This document shows positions 46,053 to 58,330 of a stretch of 64,000 bases of DNA, one piece after another. This DNA is from Paraspadella gotoi (taxonomy: Eukaryota; Animalia; Chaetognatha). Every line of letters starts with the position of its first letter. The first letter of the stretch is position 1. Made by a program: the position numbers and the translations under genes. The stretch lies in contig CM119267.1 in the NCBI GenBank assembly GCA_051294375.1, forward strand, positions 18,695,439 to 18,759,438. The letters run 5' to 3'. A model generated the notes under the pieces. That model worked only from the letters and a program-made list of their open reading frames with translations, was not told the DNA's origin and searched no databases.

Positions 46053-46246
46053 CTTGATGCATGTTAATAATTTCCTGGTCAAAAGAATTTTTGAAGATTT
46101 GATTCTGTGAAACGTTGCCTGACAACTCGGAAATCGCGTTCAATGTTCCATCATGACTAGAGGAGACGAGACTCGAGAGTCCGGAAATCTTGTTGTCGAT
46201 CTCCTCGGTTTCGTTGTCGATCTTCTCCAGATTTTGCGAGAATCCC
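46053..46246 (-). CDS. 3' part of the coiled-coil exon (GFSQNLEKIDNETEEIDNKISGL...INMHQ)
   Basis: Open frame (not the one in the ORF track) with the same DNETEEID repeat; CAAG|gtaaga donor. Confidence 0.8.
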
Positions 46247-46921
46247 NNNNNNNNNNNNNNNNNNNNNNNNNNNNNNNNNNNNNNNNNNNNNNNNNNNNNN
46301 NNNNNNNNNNNNNNNNNNNNNNNNNNNNNNNNNNNNNNNNNNNNNNNNNNNNNNNNNNNNNNNNNNNNNNNNNNNNNNNNNNNNNNNNNNNNNNNNNNNN
46401 NNNNNNNNNNNNNNNNNNNNNNNNNNNNNNNNNNNNNNNNNNNNNNNNNNNNNNNNNNNNNNNNNNNNNNNNNNNNNNNNNNNNNNNNNNNNNNNNNNNN
46501 NNNNNNNNNNNNNNNNNNNNNNNNNNNNNNNNNNNNNNNNNNNNNNNNNNNNNNNNNNNNNNNNNNNNNNNNNNNNNNNNNNNNNNNNNNNNNNNNNNNN
46601 NNNNNNNNNNNNNNNNNNNNNNNNNNNNNNNNNNNNNNNNNNNNNNNNNNNNNNNNNNNNNNNNNNNNNNNNNNNNNNNNNNNNNNNNNNNNNNNNNNNN
46701 NNNNNNNNNNNNNNNNNNNNNNNNNNNNNNNNNNNNNNNNNNNNNNNNNNNNNNNNNNNNNNNNNNNNNNNNNNNNNNNNNNNNNNNNNNNNNNNNNNNN
46801 NNNNNNNNNNNNNNNNNNNNNNNNNNNNNNNNNNNNNNNNNNNNNNNNNNNNNNNNNNNNNNNNNNNNNNNNNNNNNNNNNNNNNNNNNNNNNNNNNNNN
46901 NNNNNNNNNNNNNNNNNNNNN

Positions 46922-47126
46922 GATGTTGGTGTCGATTTCGTCCGTTTGGTTCGTCAATTGTAGACTCAAATGTTGATTTTCCTTCGTAATTTGTTCTTTG
47001 ACTTTCGTCAAGTCGGCCAGCAGTTGGTTTATGACGTTCCGTACGTCGATCTTTATTTCTTCTCTCATCTCATTTATTTCGATTGGAATCGAATCGAGAT
47101 TTGTGCCTTTAAAGTCTCCGTCCGAG
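46922..47126 (-). repeat. Apparently identical copy of 47610-47814 between two gaps
   Basis: Same sequence offset by 688 bp; bounded by N on both sides. Confidence 0.85.
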
Positions 47127-47136
47127 NNNNNNNNNN

Positions 47137-47837
47137 ATTTTTGTTGATCTTTCATCAATTGTATCATTGATGCTGTTGAGAGAATTGTCAACTTGTTTGA
47201 ATTCGTCATCGAGTTTCGTGGTCAGATTTGATATCGCGGAATCGACCTCGTTAGTTTCCATCTTGACCACTCCGTCCAAGTTGACCAAGTCCTTATCAAT
47301 CTCGACGGTTTCATTGTCGACTTTTTTACTCAGTTTTCGCAAAGATTCATCAATAGCGTCCGTTTTGTTCAATAGCTCCTGTCGGGTCATCGCGATGGTC
47401 TGATCCAAGTTGTTCGTCTCTTTGATCAACGTCTCATTGATCTGCCGCGATGATTCATCCAACTCGTTGCTCTCGTGGATGACGAGTGTCTTCAACTGCA
47501 TCATCTCCTGTTGAATTTCCTCGGTTTCGTTGTCGACCAACTTGTGAATATTTACCAGGTTCATATCGATCTGATTCGTCTCGATCTTGACTTTCTGGCT
47601 CAAGTTATCGATGTTGGTGTCGATTTCGTCCGTTTGGTTCGTCAATTGTAGACTCAAATGTTGATTTTCCTTCGTAATTTGTTCTTTGACTTTCGTCAAG
47701 TCGGCCAGCAGTTGGTTTATGACGTTCCGTACGTCGATCTTTATTTCTTCTCTCATCTCATTTATTTCGATTGGAATCGAATCGAGATTTGTGCCTTTAA
47801 AGTCTCCGTCCGAGTCCCCGTGGAGCTTGCCCATTCG
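47137..47837 (-). CDS. Large exon: extracellular coiled-coil stalk with 18-aa repeats
   Basis: tctatttcag acceptor in phase 0 with the upstream exon; open for about 233 codons; many N-x-S/T sequons. Confidence 0.9.
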
Positions 47838-47865
47838 CTGAAATAGAAAACAAGTTTGAGCAATT

Positions 47866-47956
47866 AATGCCCGACAAGATTCAGGGGGCGGACCGACGGA
47901 CCGACAAATTGAATTATAGAGTTGCGATCTGCTCATAAGCAGATGCGACTAAAAAA
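47866..47956 (-). mobile_element. HINE-like fragment inside an intron
   Basis: gaccgacggaccgacaaa..ttatagagttgcg..gcgactaaaaaa; similar sequence at 31073-31150. Confidence 0.55.
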
Positions 47957-48103
47957 TGGTTATCACCATTACATTCTTCGGACTTTATTACACTAGAAAA
48001 ATTATGAACGAAATTTGATATCTAATATTTTGTTATCTTTAAACGCTCTTAATTATTCCATGAAAAAAAAATTTTGGCTCTCCGAAATCATGACTCCACT
48101 CAC

Positions 48104-48271
48104 CTTGTCTAGTTCATCGACCCTGACTGAAAGGAAGATCAGCAAGAGGACAACAACAATGATACCAATGACGCAGAGAAGGACAAAGAGCACTTTTCCG
48201 ATCGCAGAGGCGTTTGAGCCTTCGCTTCCTTTTTCCCTCACTGCCTCGTATGGGTCCTCGGAAGACGGCAT
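48104..48271 (-). CDS. First coding exon of the type II membrane protein (short cytoplasmic tail plus TM helix)
   Basis: CCGCC-ATG context; MPSSEDPYEAV...KVLFVLLCVIGIIVVVLLLIFLSV-RVDELDK; AAG|gtgagt donor. Confidence 0.88.
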
Positions 48272-50684
48272 GGCGGATTAGTGAATTAATGACCTCGTCT
48301 GCGGACCAGAAAATACAGATGTTAAAAATAAATTCACTTGCGAGAACCAACATTTAATAATACGCGCAGTTACTCACCTACCTGATACGTACTTTATCTG
48401 AGGAAAAATTTAAAAAAAAATTGGGGATGGTCGCCTTAAAAAAATTTACTGGAGAAGGAAAGTAAATCTTACTCTCTGTTAGATGAACAAAAACCTGTCT
48501 AAATGAAATGCAGGCAAAAAAACGAATGTAGATTGGCAAGGTAATTAAATTTCAACCATCGATTTCATTCCTTCAAATGGCGCCCCGTCGCAATTTCTAT
48601 TATAATTTACTCTAACCGCTTTCTGCCTCTGAAGTCTAAAATTGTTAAACCGGTCATTGACTAGTAATGGGATTTTTGTTAGAATGAATTGAGAGACTTA
48701 GTCCCTAACATTTATGGATTCATCGAAAAGCCTTTTTTTTTACCACGTTATCAATATAATTTTTCAGTATTTAAAAATCGTCCTGCTCCGATTATCCTCA
48801 CAGGATTTTCATTTTCGGGCCGTTTTAGACAATCCTATCTAGACTTATGGCTATATTTTAATTGCACCTAATCTTTCGTAATCCAATCTTATCTAATCCC
48901 AATCTTAATCTTATCTTTTCTTATCCTACGAGTCAACCCTACCAATTCATCGCAGTTCATCCCAATCGTTTGACTCGAAACCGATTTTCCTAAAGTCGTT
49001 TTCTTGTCTCCTCGTTTCCCATTTGTTCGTGACTAACGAGTCTAGGGAGACCAGCAACGACACCAATCTCGCGACTCCGGGCGAAAGAAACGAATACAAA
49101 CAAAACGACATCGACGAACCCCAGCGACGCCATCAGCCGCCGTCGAGAACAAATGAAACGTAAACAATCAGAGTTCAGCGAAAACACGACGACTGACGAC
49201 AAAGACGACGATGAGCCCATCGGCAGGAACTGAAACTAAAACGTCTACAACAGGGAAAAAAAAGTCGATATAAAACCGAGAAGGAAAAAGAAAGTAATTG
49301 AATTAACTTTTTTTTTTCCCTGAGCATGGTGCTCGACCGCCCACTTTGCTGGTTCCGGATCGATCAAAAAATAATAAAAAAAAGTTTTAAAAAATATTCC
49401 CAGTTCCCCGACCGATTTTTCTCCAATACCCTCATGAAATCATTTTTTCCCACGGGGGCCGACAAGGATGACCGAGAAAAAGAATGAGAGATCAAACTCA
49501 AATTGTTTCTGACGGACTTTTTTTCATTTTTTTTTTTTCATTTGTGGTATAGAACTCAACTGACGTGTTGATCTTGGTCTTAGATAATTTTTATTCTTTG
49601 TTTGAAAAAAGTAATATAATTTTTTTTTTATAAAACACATTTCTCGATTCCAGAGGCGTCGAGACGTCTGACTCACATTCGATTTTTTTCATTTAAATCT
49701 TCGCGCCATTTGTAATAAAATGCGTCGTTTTAGTTCTGGCTGTATAAAAACGAACAATGAAGAATGACGGTGGGATGTCAAAACTAGAAAAAAAAAAAAA
49801 GAAAAAAAGAAAACCCGGTTGAAACCGATAGAAAATTTTTTCATTTGGAAAAGAAAGAAAAAAAATTGAGGCAGCTGCTTTGCCGGGGGCGATGACGACG
49901 ACGATGACGATGACGACGACGATGACGACGACGATGATGTCCGACGATGATGACGACGTCGCCAACGTCGTCACAATGAAGGCGTTGACGTTTTTACGTC
50001 GCCTCGCGTTGACGTGCGTCAAAGAGGATCGAACGAAGAGGAGTTATAAAGGTGGGAGTGGCAGATGGCGCTGCTGGCACCGGTGGAGAAAAGAACGTAG
50101 GGTAAGGCGGGCCAAAATTGATCACTTTTTATCATTAAGAGTTATGTAATATAAAATTAATTTGCCCATCGTATACTTAATCAATATTTCCTATCACTTT
50201 TTTAACTAGTGAAGCATAGTATAACATTGAAGCATTTAAATATTTATCAATGTATAGGCAATGAAAAAATTAAAAAAAAAAATTTAAGAACAAATTCAGA
50301 ACATTTTCAATATTTCGATGATAAGTGGGTCAAATAATGGAAAAACTCTTTAAAATCATCATAATCATCATCGTACCATAATTTTTATAGTTTTTGATAA
50401 TTTTAAACAATAAAACATAAAAATTTTGAAATCTTGTAGTAATATGTTTTATTTTTTCAAGCTCTACCCGATTCCGTTTTTAAAAATTCTGATTTTGCAA
50501 AAAAAAAACAAAAACAACAAACTTTAAATGCTTCTAAGTTCTAACTATACAAAGTATACAAAAGATCGTTATCCCACAGGGATGGTCTAACGTTATTTAT
50601 ATTACAGAACAGTTTTTACATTGTTCCTCCTTAACGTGGGGGGGGGGAAGGGAAAAGGGTATTCGGGGACGAGTGATTAAAGGT

Positions 50685-50735
50685 ATTGGTCACGTGACAT
50701 GCGCCCGATCGAGTTTAAGCCGGTTTTTGCGCGAC
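50685..50735. promoter_or_regulatory. CCAAT(rev) plus GTCACGTGAC (USF/TFE-type E-box) promoter-like cluster
   Basis: attggtcacgtgac at the edge of a CpG-rich block. Motif match only. Confidence 0.3.
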
Positions 50736-51676
50736 AACGAATTTTCTCTGATTAAGTGGGCATCGTCGTCGTAATCCGCGTCGTCGTAATCGTCGTCGTC
50801 GTCGTTAACCTCAGATTAGTTGGGTCTCCATCGAACGCTCGACCTTTCCAGAATTCGTTTTCAAACACAGGGCGAATGACAGTTGGCCAATGAAACGAAG
50901 GAATGGCGTCTGACGGAAGAAAATTTTTGACGAATGGCAATTTGAGATTGATGGCAATCTGTAGAAATTCTCGGCCATTCGACTTTCATATCGGGCAATG
51001 TCCCCCGCGAATGTAAGGCCGAGTTGATTCATCGATTGTCGGCTTGTCTGCCGACGGCAGAGACTCAGGCGTCGGCATTGGGCTTCGTTGACCGTCACGA
51101 GGAATGACGGTAATCGTCTCGATGAAATCGATTTTTTTTCCGACGCCTTCGTCCCTTTTATATCGGTCATTCAGTCTCTCTCTCTCCCCGCCCCTCTTCC
51201 GACTGTTCAACTGTTTCGCGCCGTCGATCGAGGATCGACTGAAAAAGCGCGGGAACTCGGCTCAAATCTGAGCAACGTTTCGAGACGTTCGCGTCTGATG
51301 CAAAAGGTGGCGATAGGAATTTTTTTTTCACATTTTGGCCTCTTCTTCGGTTTATAGAGATGCCATATGATGTTTATCATTTCGTTTAAAGTCTCTATCG
51401 CAGGAGATAGATTGCAATATTTTTACAAATCGTCACGAGAAGTTTTGCACTTCCGATTACAAGCTTTTCATTCCGCAATCGGCAATCTCGAATGAAACAA
51501 GTAATAAATTCCAACTTGAAAGCGTTACTTACAGTCGAGATTTAGGACCTCGTATATTATGGTTTCGTGAAATTGGAAATCTCAGGTGATTTAAGCAAAC
51601 AAACGTGACGAGAAATAAAATTTTAAAAAAAGGGGGAAAAAGTTTGAAAAAGAAACGTAATTTCTGACGTAAGGAA

Positions 51677-51768
51677 ATAGGAGATTTTACGCGGGCCAAA
51701 TCCTTGCAGTTTCAGGGATTAAACTTCGCGCAGTTTCGGGACAGCTAACTATAAGTTCACCGCCCTAC
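51677..51768 (+). repeat. About 90-bp dispersed repeat shared with 34786-34862
   Basis: ataggagat.ttacgcg.gccaa.tccttgcagttt ... agctaactataagttcaccgc. Confidence 0.75.
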
Positions 51769-53205
51769 GGAAATAGAAAGTAGTCTTAACGACGTGGGAG
51801 ATGAAAAAGAGTGGAAAGATGAGTATTGGGTGAGGTCGAGGTAAGGTCACCGGTGTCAGTTAAGTACCAGAGGAATCAAAATTTACGTAGAAAAAAAAAG
51901 GTAAAGGAGAAAAATACTGTAAGATGAAGGGAATAAGAATTAAGTTGAGGTTTGGTTAGAAAAATAAAATTAGAAAACGGATCCCAGCTCATCAAACCCC
52001 TGATTACAAATTTTTATTAAAAGAGAAAATCCATGTTGCGACTATTTTTTAAAACGAAAGTTAAAAATTTTTTTGACAAGCGCGAATAGAATATTTAATA
52101 TAATACGATGTGAGCTTTAAGCTTTAAAAAGATTTAGACAAACTCTGAGAGTGCTTTATGAAAGTCTGCTAACTGAGTTTGAAGAAAAAAACGATAATCC
52201 TCCTAGCGTGCAAAATTTTATGCAAGCGAGAGAACGAGTGAGAGAGAGANNNNNNNNNNNNNNNNNNNNNNNNGAGAGAGAGAGAGAGAGAGAGAGAATA
52301 TTGAATAATAAAAAGAGATAAAGTGAATTTAGATGGAACAAACCTCGGGAGAGAGACCGAGAGAGAGAGAGAGAGACGACGAGAAAGTAATAGAAAAAAA
52401 AATTAAAAAAGGTAAGAAAGAAAACAAGAAAGTAAAGAAAGAAAAAGAAAGAAAGAAAGAAAGAAACGAAGAAATACAGAAAAAAAGAAAGAAAGACAGA
52501 CAAAAGAAAGAAAAAAAGGAAAGAAAGATGCCGTTTCCTTTTACGGAAATTCAGAGGAGACGGGCAAAGACGAGGAAGAAGAAGAAGAAGAGGATGAGGA
52601 GGAGGAGGAGGAGGAGGACGAAACTCTCGTGATTCGATAGAAATTCCAGCAACTGAGACCGGAATTTATTTGTCTCTGGAACCTTCTTTCTTTTTGTCCT
52701 TTCTTTCCTTTTTTTTTTCCGCGCGTTTGGTTTACTTTTTGTCGGACCTGACCTCGTTTTTATTTCATGGAAAGAAGGGTAAGGGAGGGTAAGGGGATAA
52801 GAATGGGTTGGGAAAAAGACTTAAAGGAAAAACAAAAATAAAAAAAAGAATAAGAATGGATCGGAAAATTTTGTCAAAGGTTTGGAAGAGAAGGCCTTGG
52901 CTTGTCAGCATTTTCTTGTTTATTAGTTTGTTTTTTCCTTTCTTTACTCTTCTTTCATTCTTTCTGTCTTTCCTTCTTTTACCTCATTCCCTCTTTCCAT
53001 TCTGACAGTACAAGACTGAATAGGCCCTAAAGATGATGACGATTAAAAATATTAAATAAATGAAGAAACTGGACGGGTATTATTAAGTAATATATTATTT
53101 ATTTATATATCCATATATGTTGCCTAATTAGCGGCTCGGTCAATGGAAAAAACCAAAAAGAAGAGGTTTGAGGATCGAGCCAATAATTTCTTTTTCTTCC
53201 TCCAG

Positions 53206-53321
53206 GAGTCGAGCGGAAGCGGAGTTTTCCGAGGCGCTACGAGAAACGATATCAGCCGGAGGAGGAAGAGGAAGAGGAAGAGGAGGCGGCGTGGCTGCTG
53301 TGGCGGGTCGGGGCGCCGGAG
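53206..53321 (+). CDS. Exon of putative ADAMTS-like gene (SRAEAEFSEALRETISAGGGRGRGRGG...)
   Basis: Strong acceptor ttcctccag, G|gtaagt donor, phase 2-1 joins 54927 in frame. Confidence 0.6.
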
Positions 53322-53343
53322 GTAAGTTTAACTACAAACTTCG

Positions 53344-53400
<57 letters not shown>

Positions 53401-53836
53401 TGATTAATCGACGAAATTTATTTTTTTACGGTAGTCGATAATTTTTAATTGAATTTTTGATGCGCAGGAGCGTTAATGGCGTAATGTGATTGGCGGATGA
53501 GCCGAACTGCCGACGAGATAATCGGCGAAAAAGGGCGACTTAAATAATTAATCTTAAAAGTTAATAAAGGCCGAGGATAAATTTTATAATTTATTTCAAT
53601 AGAAAAATCGTGAATAAAAGGATATTTTTTTTGGAATCATGATTAAAACTTCTCCTTTCCTTCAAATTTTGATGGATTAAGTGAAATGATAAAGGGAGGA
53701 AATTAAAGAAGAAAGTAAAAAGGAAAATCGGGAAGAAAAGATTCCACTTCATTCGTCAAGAAAAAGAATCGAATTGAATTTTTAAGAAGATTAATTTCAT
53801 CCGAGGAACAAAGTGTCTTTTTTTTTCGGTGAAGTT

Positions 53837-53874
<38 letters not shown>

Positions 53875-54926
53875 GAGAGAGAGAGAGATGAGAGAAGAGA
53901 GAGAGAGAGATGAGAGACGAGAGAGAGAGAGAGAGGCAGAGGTACAAAAAAGATTTCTTTTTTTTAATTTATTTTTCTTCTTTCGTAAAACATACGATTT
54001 ATATAAATCTAAACACATTTTAAATACTGATTGATTAGAAAAGATAAATAATTGTTTTTTTCTCTTAATTATAGTTATTAAATGATTAATTTAAACAATA
54101 AATAGTCATCAATATTTCAATAAGATTATATTAATGAGTAATGCGATTTCAAGGTTCTTCTTTAGTCAAACATTTTAAGTTAAAATCATAAGAGGATTAG
54201 AAAAGGAAAAAAGGGTGGAGGGTGGAAGCTGTACGAAGAGAGAGAAAGGACAAAAGAGAAGATAAAAAATTTACTTTGTATACAATGTTGTATGCAGTTG
54301 CGATGGAACAAAACGCATGACTAAAAATTGAAAATAAAAGGAGAAAAAGAAAAAGAAAAAAGGACAAAAAACAAGAAAAAAAAATAGGAGGAGGAAAAGA
54401 AAGATGAGAATTGTAATCAAGTTGAGGCTCGAGCTACGACGCTTCGTGTTCCGACTGAACAGAGCCATCGAATGCCTGATGGGCGTTGGTCCGATCAGTC
54501 GAGTCGGCAATGAGCGAAGAACCGCGAATCGCAACTGGGCGGAAGAACGGAGTGTGGGCCGGTGGGGGGGGGGTTGCTTTGTTTTCTTTGCTCGAACCAG
54601 AGTCGCCATCTTTGATCGATCGAACGATTAGAGTTGAGTGGATTTTCTAAGTTTACAAAACAAAAGAGGAAAAAAAAAGAACAATGGATTACTACAATGT
54701 AATTTACAGAGGAAGCGAAAAAATAACACTTGATCGTTCACGATAACTAAATATTTATATTTTCTTTTCTCCCTCCGCGACATTAGACTTTATTTTCTAT
54801 TTCAGATCCCGGTTATTATTAATAATAATATCGAATATAAAAAAAGATTTAGCCTCAGTCCTTTCTCTCTCTCTCTCAACCCACCCTCATTTCCTCCCTC
54901 GACTTACCCTCTCCTCACTTTTCAAG

Positions 54927-55111
54927 CGGTGGCGTCGGCGGCGCGTTCCGACGTACGTCCACGAATCCTCGACGCCTCGATGCGCCGCGCCCTTCCTTAC
55001 CTCTCGCCCCTCAACGGATTTAAAAGGAGAATCGTGCTGCCGCTTTACAAGAACGTCACCGACTACCCACCGGCGCGACCTACCCCGGCCACGTTGGGTG
55101 GGCCACAGCGG
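54927..55111 (+). CDS. Exon of putative ADAMTS-like gene (VASAARSDVRPRILD...LYKNVTDYPP...PQR)
   Basis: Pyrimidine tract plus aag, CGG|gtaagg donor, open frame, phase 1-0. Confidence 0.65.
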
Positions 55112-55312
55112 GTAAGGGGTTGGTGGGAGGGACGGGGGGAACAAAGGAGTCGAGGAAGGCAGTGGAAAAGGGTATTTGTAGATAACTCTCAGGTTTAGTG
55201 TTCAAAGGTCAAAAGCCCACGAAACAAACAAAAATGGTCTATTATGGAAGAAAACAAACAATAAACGTGATTTTGGCGATGGAACTCCAAAAAAAAAAAG
55301 AAGAAAAAAATA

Positions 55313-56708
55313 TCGAATACTTGGTAAGCTTTAAAAAATCTCGCGGATTTGTTTAGTTTTTTTTTGTGTTTGTTGTTTTGGTTTCGCGTCATTAAACGAA
55401 AGGCTAAATCTTTGGACGGAAATAAAAACGGTAGGTGTCGCGACCCGTCGGTGCGTGAGAATCTTTCGGACGGCAAATACACAAACGCTAGGAGAGTCGC
55501 ACCCCGTCGCCATTCTCAAAATCCCTTTACCTATCTCCACATCCAGTTCAGCTGTGCCCGTGCGAGAGAGAAACAAGAAAAATAAACAAAAAACATTGAA
55601 TCGATTTTCTTTAAGCCTAAATATAGACCACAACTAAATCGAGTGGGAGTTGAGAAAAAGAAAAAAAAACAAAACCCAAAAAAAAAAACAAAAAAAAAAA
55701 AAACAAAAAAAAAAAAAAAAAAACAATCACAAAAATAAAAAAATATACTTCGTGAAACGACTTTTCTCAATAAGCTTCCTACGCAAAACGACGTTTTTTA
55801 AAGATTTGCGAGAAACGAAGGATTTGAGAGGACTCAAAAGCGTGGGGATCGTTGTATTTGCTGTGAGAGGAGAGAGAGAGACGAGAGAGAGAGAGAGAGA
55901 GTTATGAGTGAGGAGGGAGAGAGAGAGAGAGGAGAGACGAGAGGAGAGAGAGGAAGAGAAGTTTGCCTATTATCTCTACCTTAAATGAATTCTACATCCA
56001 ATACAAACTAAGCAATAAAAGCCGCACTCGACCATCAAAACACGTCGGCAACGACTACACCCGTAAAAAAACAAACAAAGCGAAAAAGATCGCCGAGAAA
56101 AAGCTAGGAACACCTCACAGCTGAAGTACTTAGTCGCAAAGAGTCACAGCTGGAGCAGCTTGTTCGTCAAATGTTCACACCTGCGGGTACACTTTCCGCT
56201 ACGCTTCTCAAAGCAGGTGTTCGTGACTCGCTGAGATCAGGCTGCCTAATCGGAGGTTCGTTCACGATTCCGACGTCTGGATGTCAAACTTCTTGAACGA
56301 TTGCCATCTTTTTTAATGTGTTCGCCTTCGCAGAATACTTCGATAACAAATTCGTTTGACATTTGATTTAAAATTCTCCACTTCGAGGCTTTGGACACAT
56401 CTGTAAGCTCAGGTTAATATGTTAAGCGTCATCAGGATCGTCGGTATTAACTATTACTTTTATATCACATTAACTGAAGAATTGTGGCCGCCTTAGCTTT
56501 AACGTTCGTTCAAAAGAAAATCGCATCGACCGCCTGCATGTTAAGTCAAAATCCTTGCTGTTATAAACTCGGAACATTGACAATTAACGAAGTGAAACGA
56601 TGGAAAAACTCGGATAATTCGAACTGAAAACAAGATGAATGGATAATAAAAGGGATGAAATTTTTTTTGCAAAAAAGGGAAAAAATAAGTCGAGGAAAAT
56701 AAATGCTG

Positions 56709-56745
<37 letters not shown>

Positions 56746-58282
56746 NNNNNNNNNNNNNNNNNNNNNNNNNACACGAACGAGAGATAAAAAAGAATGAAAG
56801 ATATAATCGAATACTTGGTATAGCCTTAAAAAAAAATCCTCGCGGATTTGTTTAGTTTTTTTTTGTGTTTGTTGATTTTGTGCTTATCGCGTCATTAAAA
56901 CGAAAGGCTAAATTCTTTGGACGGCAAATACACAAACGCTAGGTAGGTCGCACCGTCGCATTGCAAGACCTTCCTATGCTCCCATCCGTCGCTGCCGGCG
57001 GTGAGAAACACAGAAATAAAAAACAAACATTGCGGAATCCGATTTCTTCTTAAGCTTAAATATAGACCAGTACCTAAATCGAACAGTTGGATAGAGAAAT
57101 AGAAAAAAACCAAAACCAAAAAAAAAGACAAAAAAAAAAAAAACAAAAAAAAAAAAAAAAACAAACAAAAATAAAAAATTTACCTTCGTGAACACGACTT
57201 TCTTACAAAAGCTTTGCCTAACGCAAACGAGTTTTTAAAGTTATCTAGAACGAAGGATTTGAGGAGACTTCAAAGCGTGGGGATCGTGTCTGATTGGCTG
57301 TGAGGAGAGAGAGAGAGACGAGAGAGAAGAGAGAGAGACGGGGAAATATGATTGAGGGAGAGAGAGAGAGAGGGAGAGGACGAGAAGAGAGAGTAGAGAT
57401 TTGCCTATATCTTCACCTTAAAGAATTCTCATCCAATCAAACTAACGCAATAAAAGCCGCGCACTCGTACCATCAAACGTCGGACAACGCACTACACCGT
57501 AAAAAAACAAACAAAGCGAAACAAAGTCGCGAGAAAAAGCTAGGAACACCTCACAGCTGAAGTAGCTTAGTTCGCAAAGAGTCACAGCTGGACGCAGCTT
57601 GTTCGTCAAATGTTTCACACCTGCTGGGTACACTTTCCGCCTACGCTTCTCAAGCATGTGTGTTCGTGACTCGTCTGAGGATCCAGGCTGCCTAATCGGA
57701 GGTTCGCTTCACGATTCCGAACGCGGATGCAAACTTCTTGACGATGCCATCTTTTTTAATGTGTTCGCTTCGCAGAATATCCGAATAACAATCGTTTGAC
57801 CATTCGATTAACAATTCCCATTCGAGCGCTTTGGACACATCTGTAAGCTCAGGTTTAATATGTTAAGCTCATCAGCGATCGTCGTATTAAACTTATTACT
57901 TTTATATCAAATTAACTGAAAATTGTGGCCGCCTTGCTTCTACGTTCGTTCAATAGAAAATCGCATCGAACCGCCGCATGTTAAGTAAAATCCTTGCTGT
58001 TTATATTTTTTTTTCAATGTGAGATAACATAGTTTTAATCCGGCATTACTTACTTCTGCAAAATAGAATCGGACACATGACAATTAACGAAGTGTTAAAC
58101 GATGGAAAAACTTCGATTATATTTCGAACTGAAACACAGGATTGAATGGATAATTAAAGACAGTGGATGAATTTTTTTGCAAAATAACGGAGAAAAAATA
58201 AGTCGAGGAAATAATAAATGCTGGATGAGAGATGAGAGAGACGAGAGAGAGAGACGGGAGAAGATAAGAGCGAGGAGAAGAG

Positions 58283-58328
<46 letters not shown>

Positions 58329-58330
58329 GA
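55313..58330 (+). repeat. About 1.45-kb noisy direct duplication around the 25-N gap at 56746
   Basis: 55313-56745 is colinear with 56807-58330; differences are indel-dominated. Confidence 0.9.
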
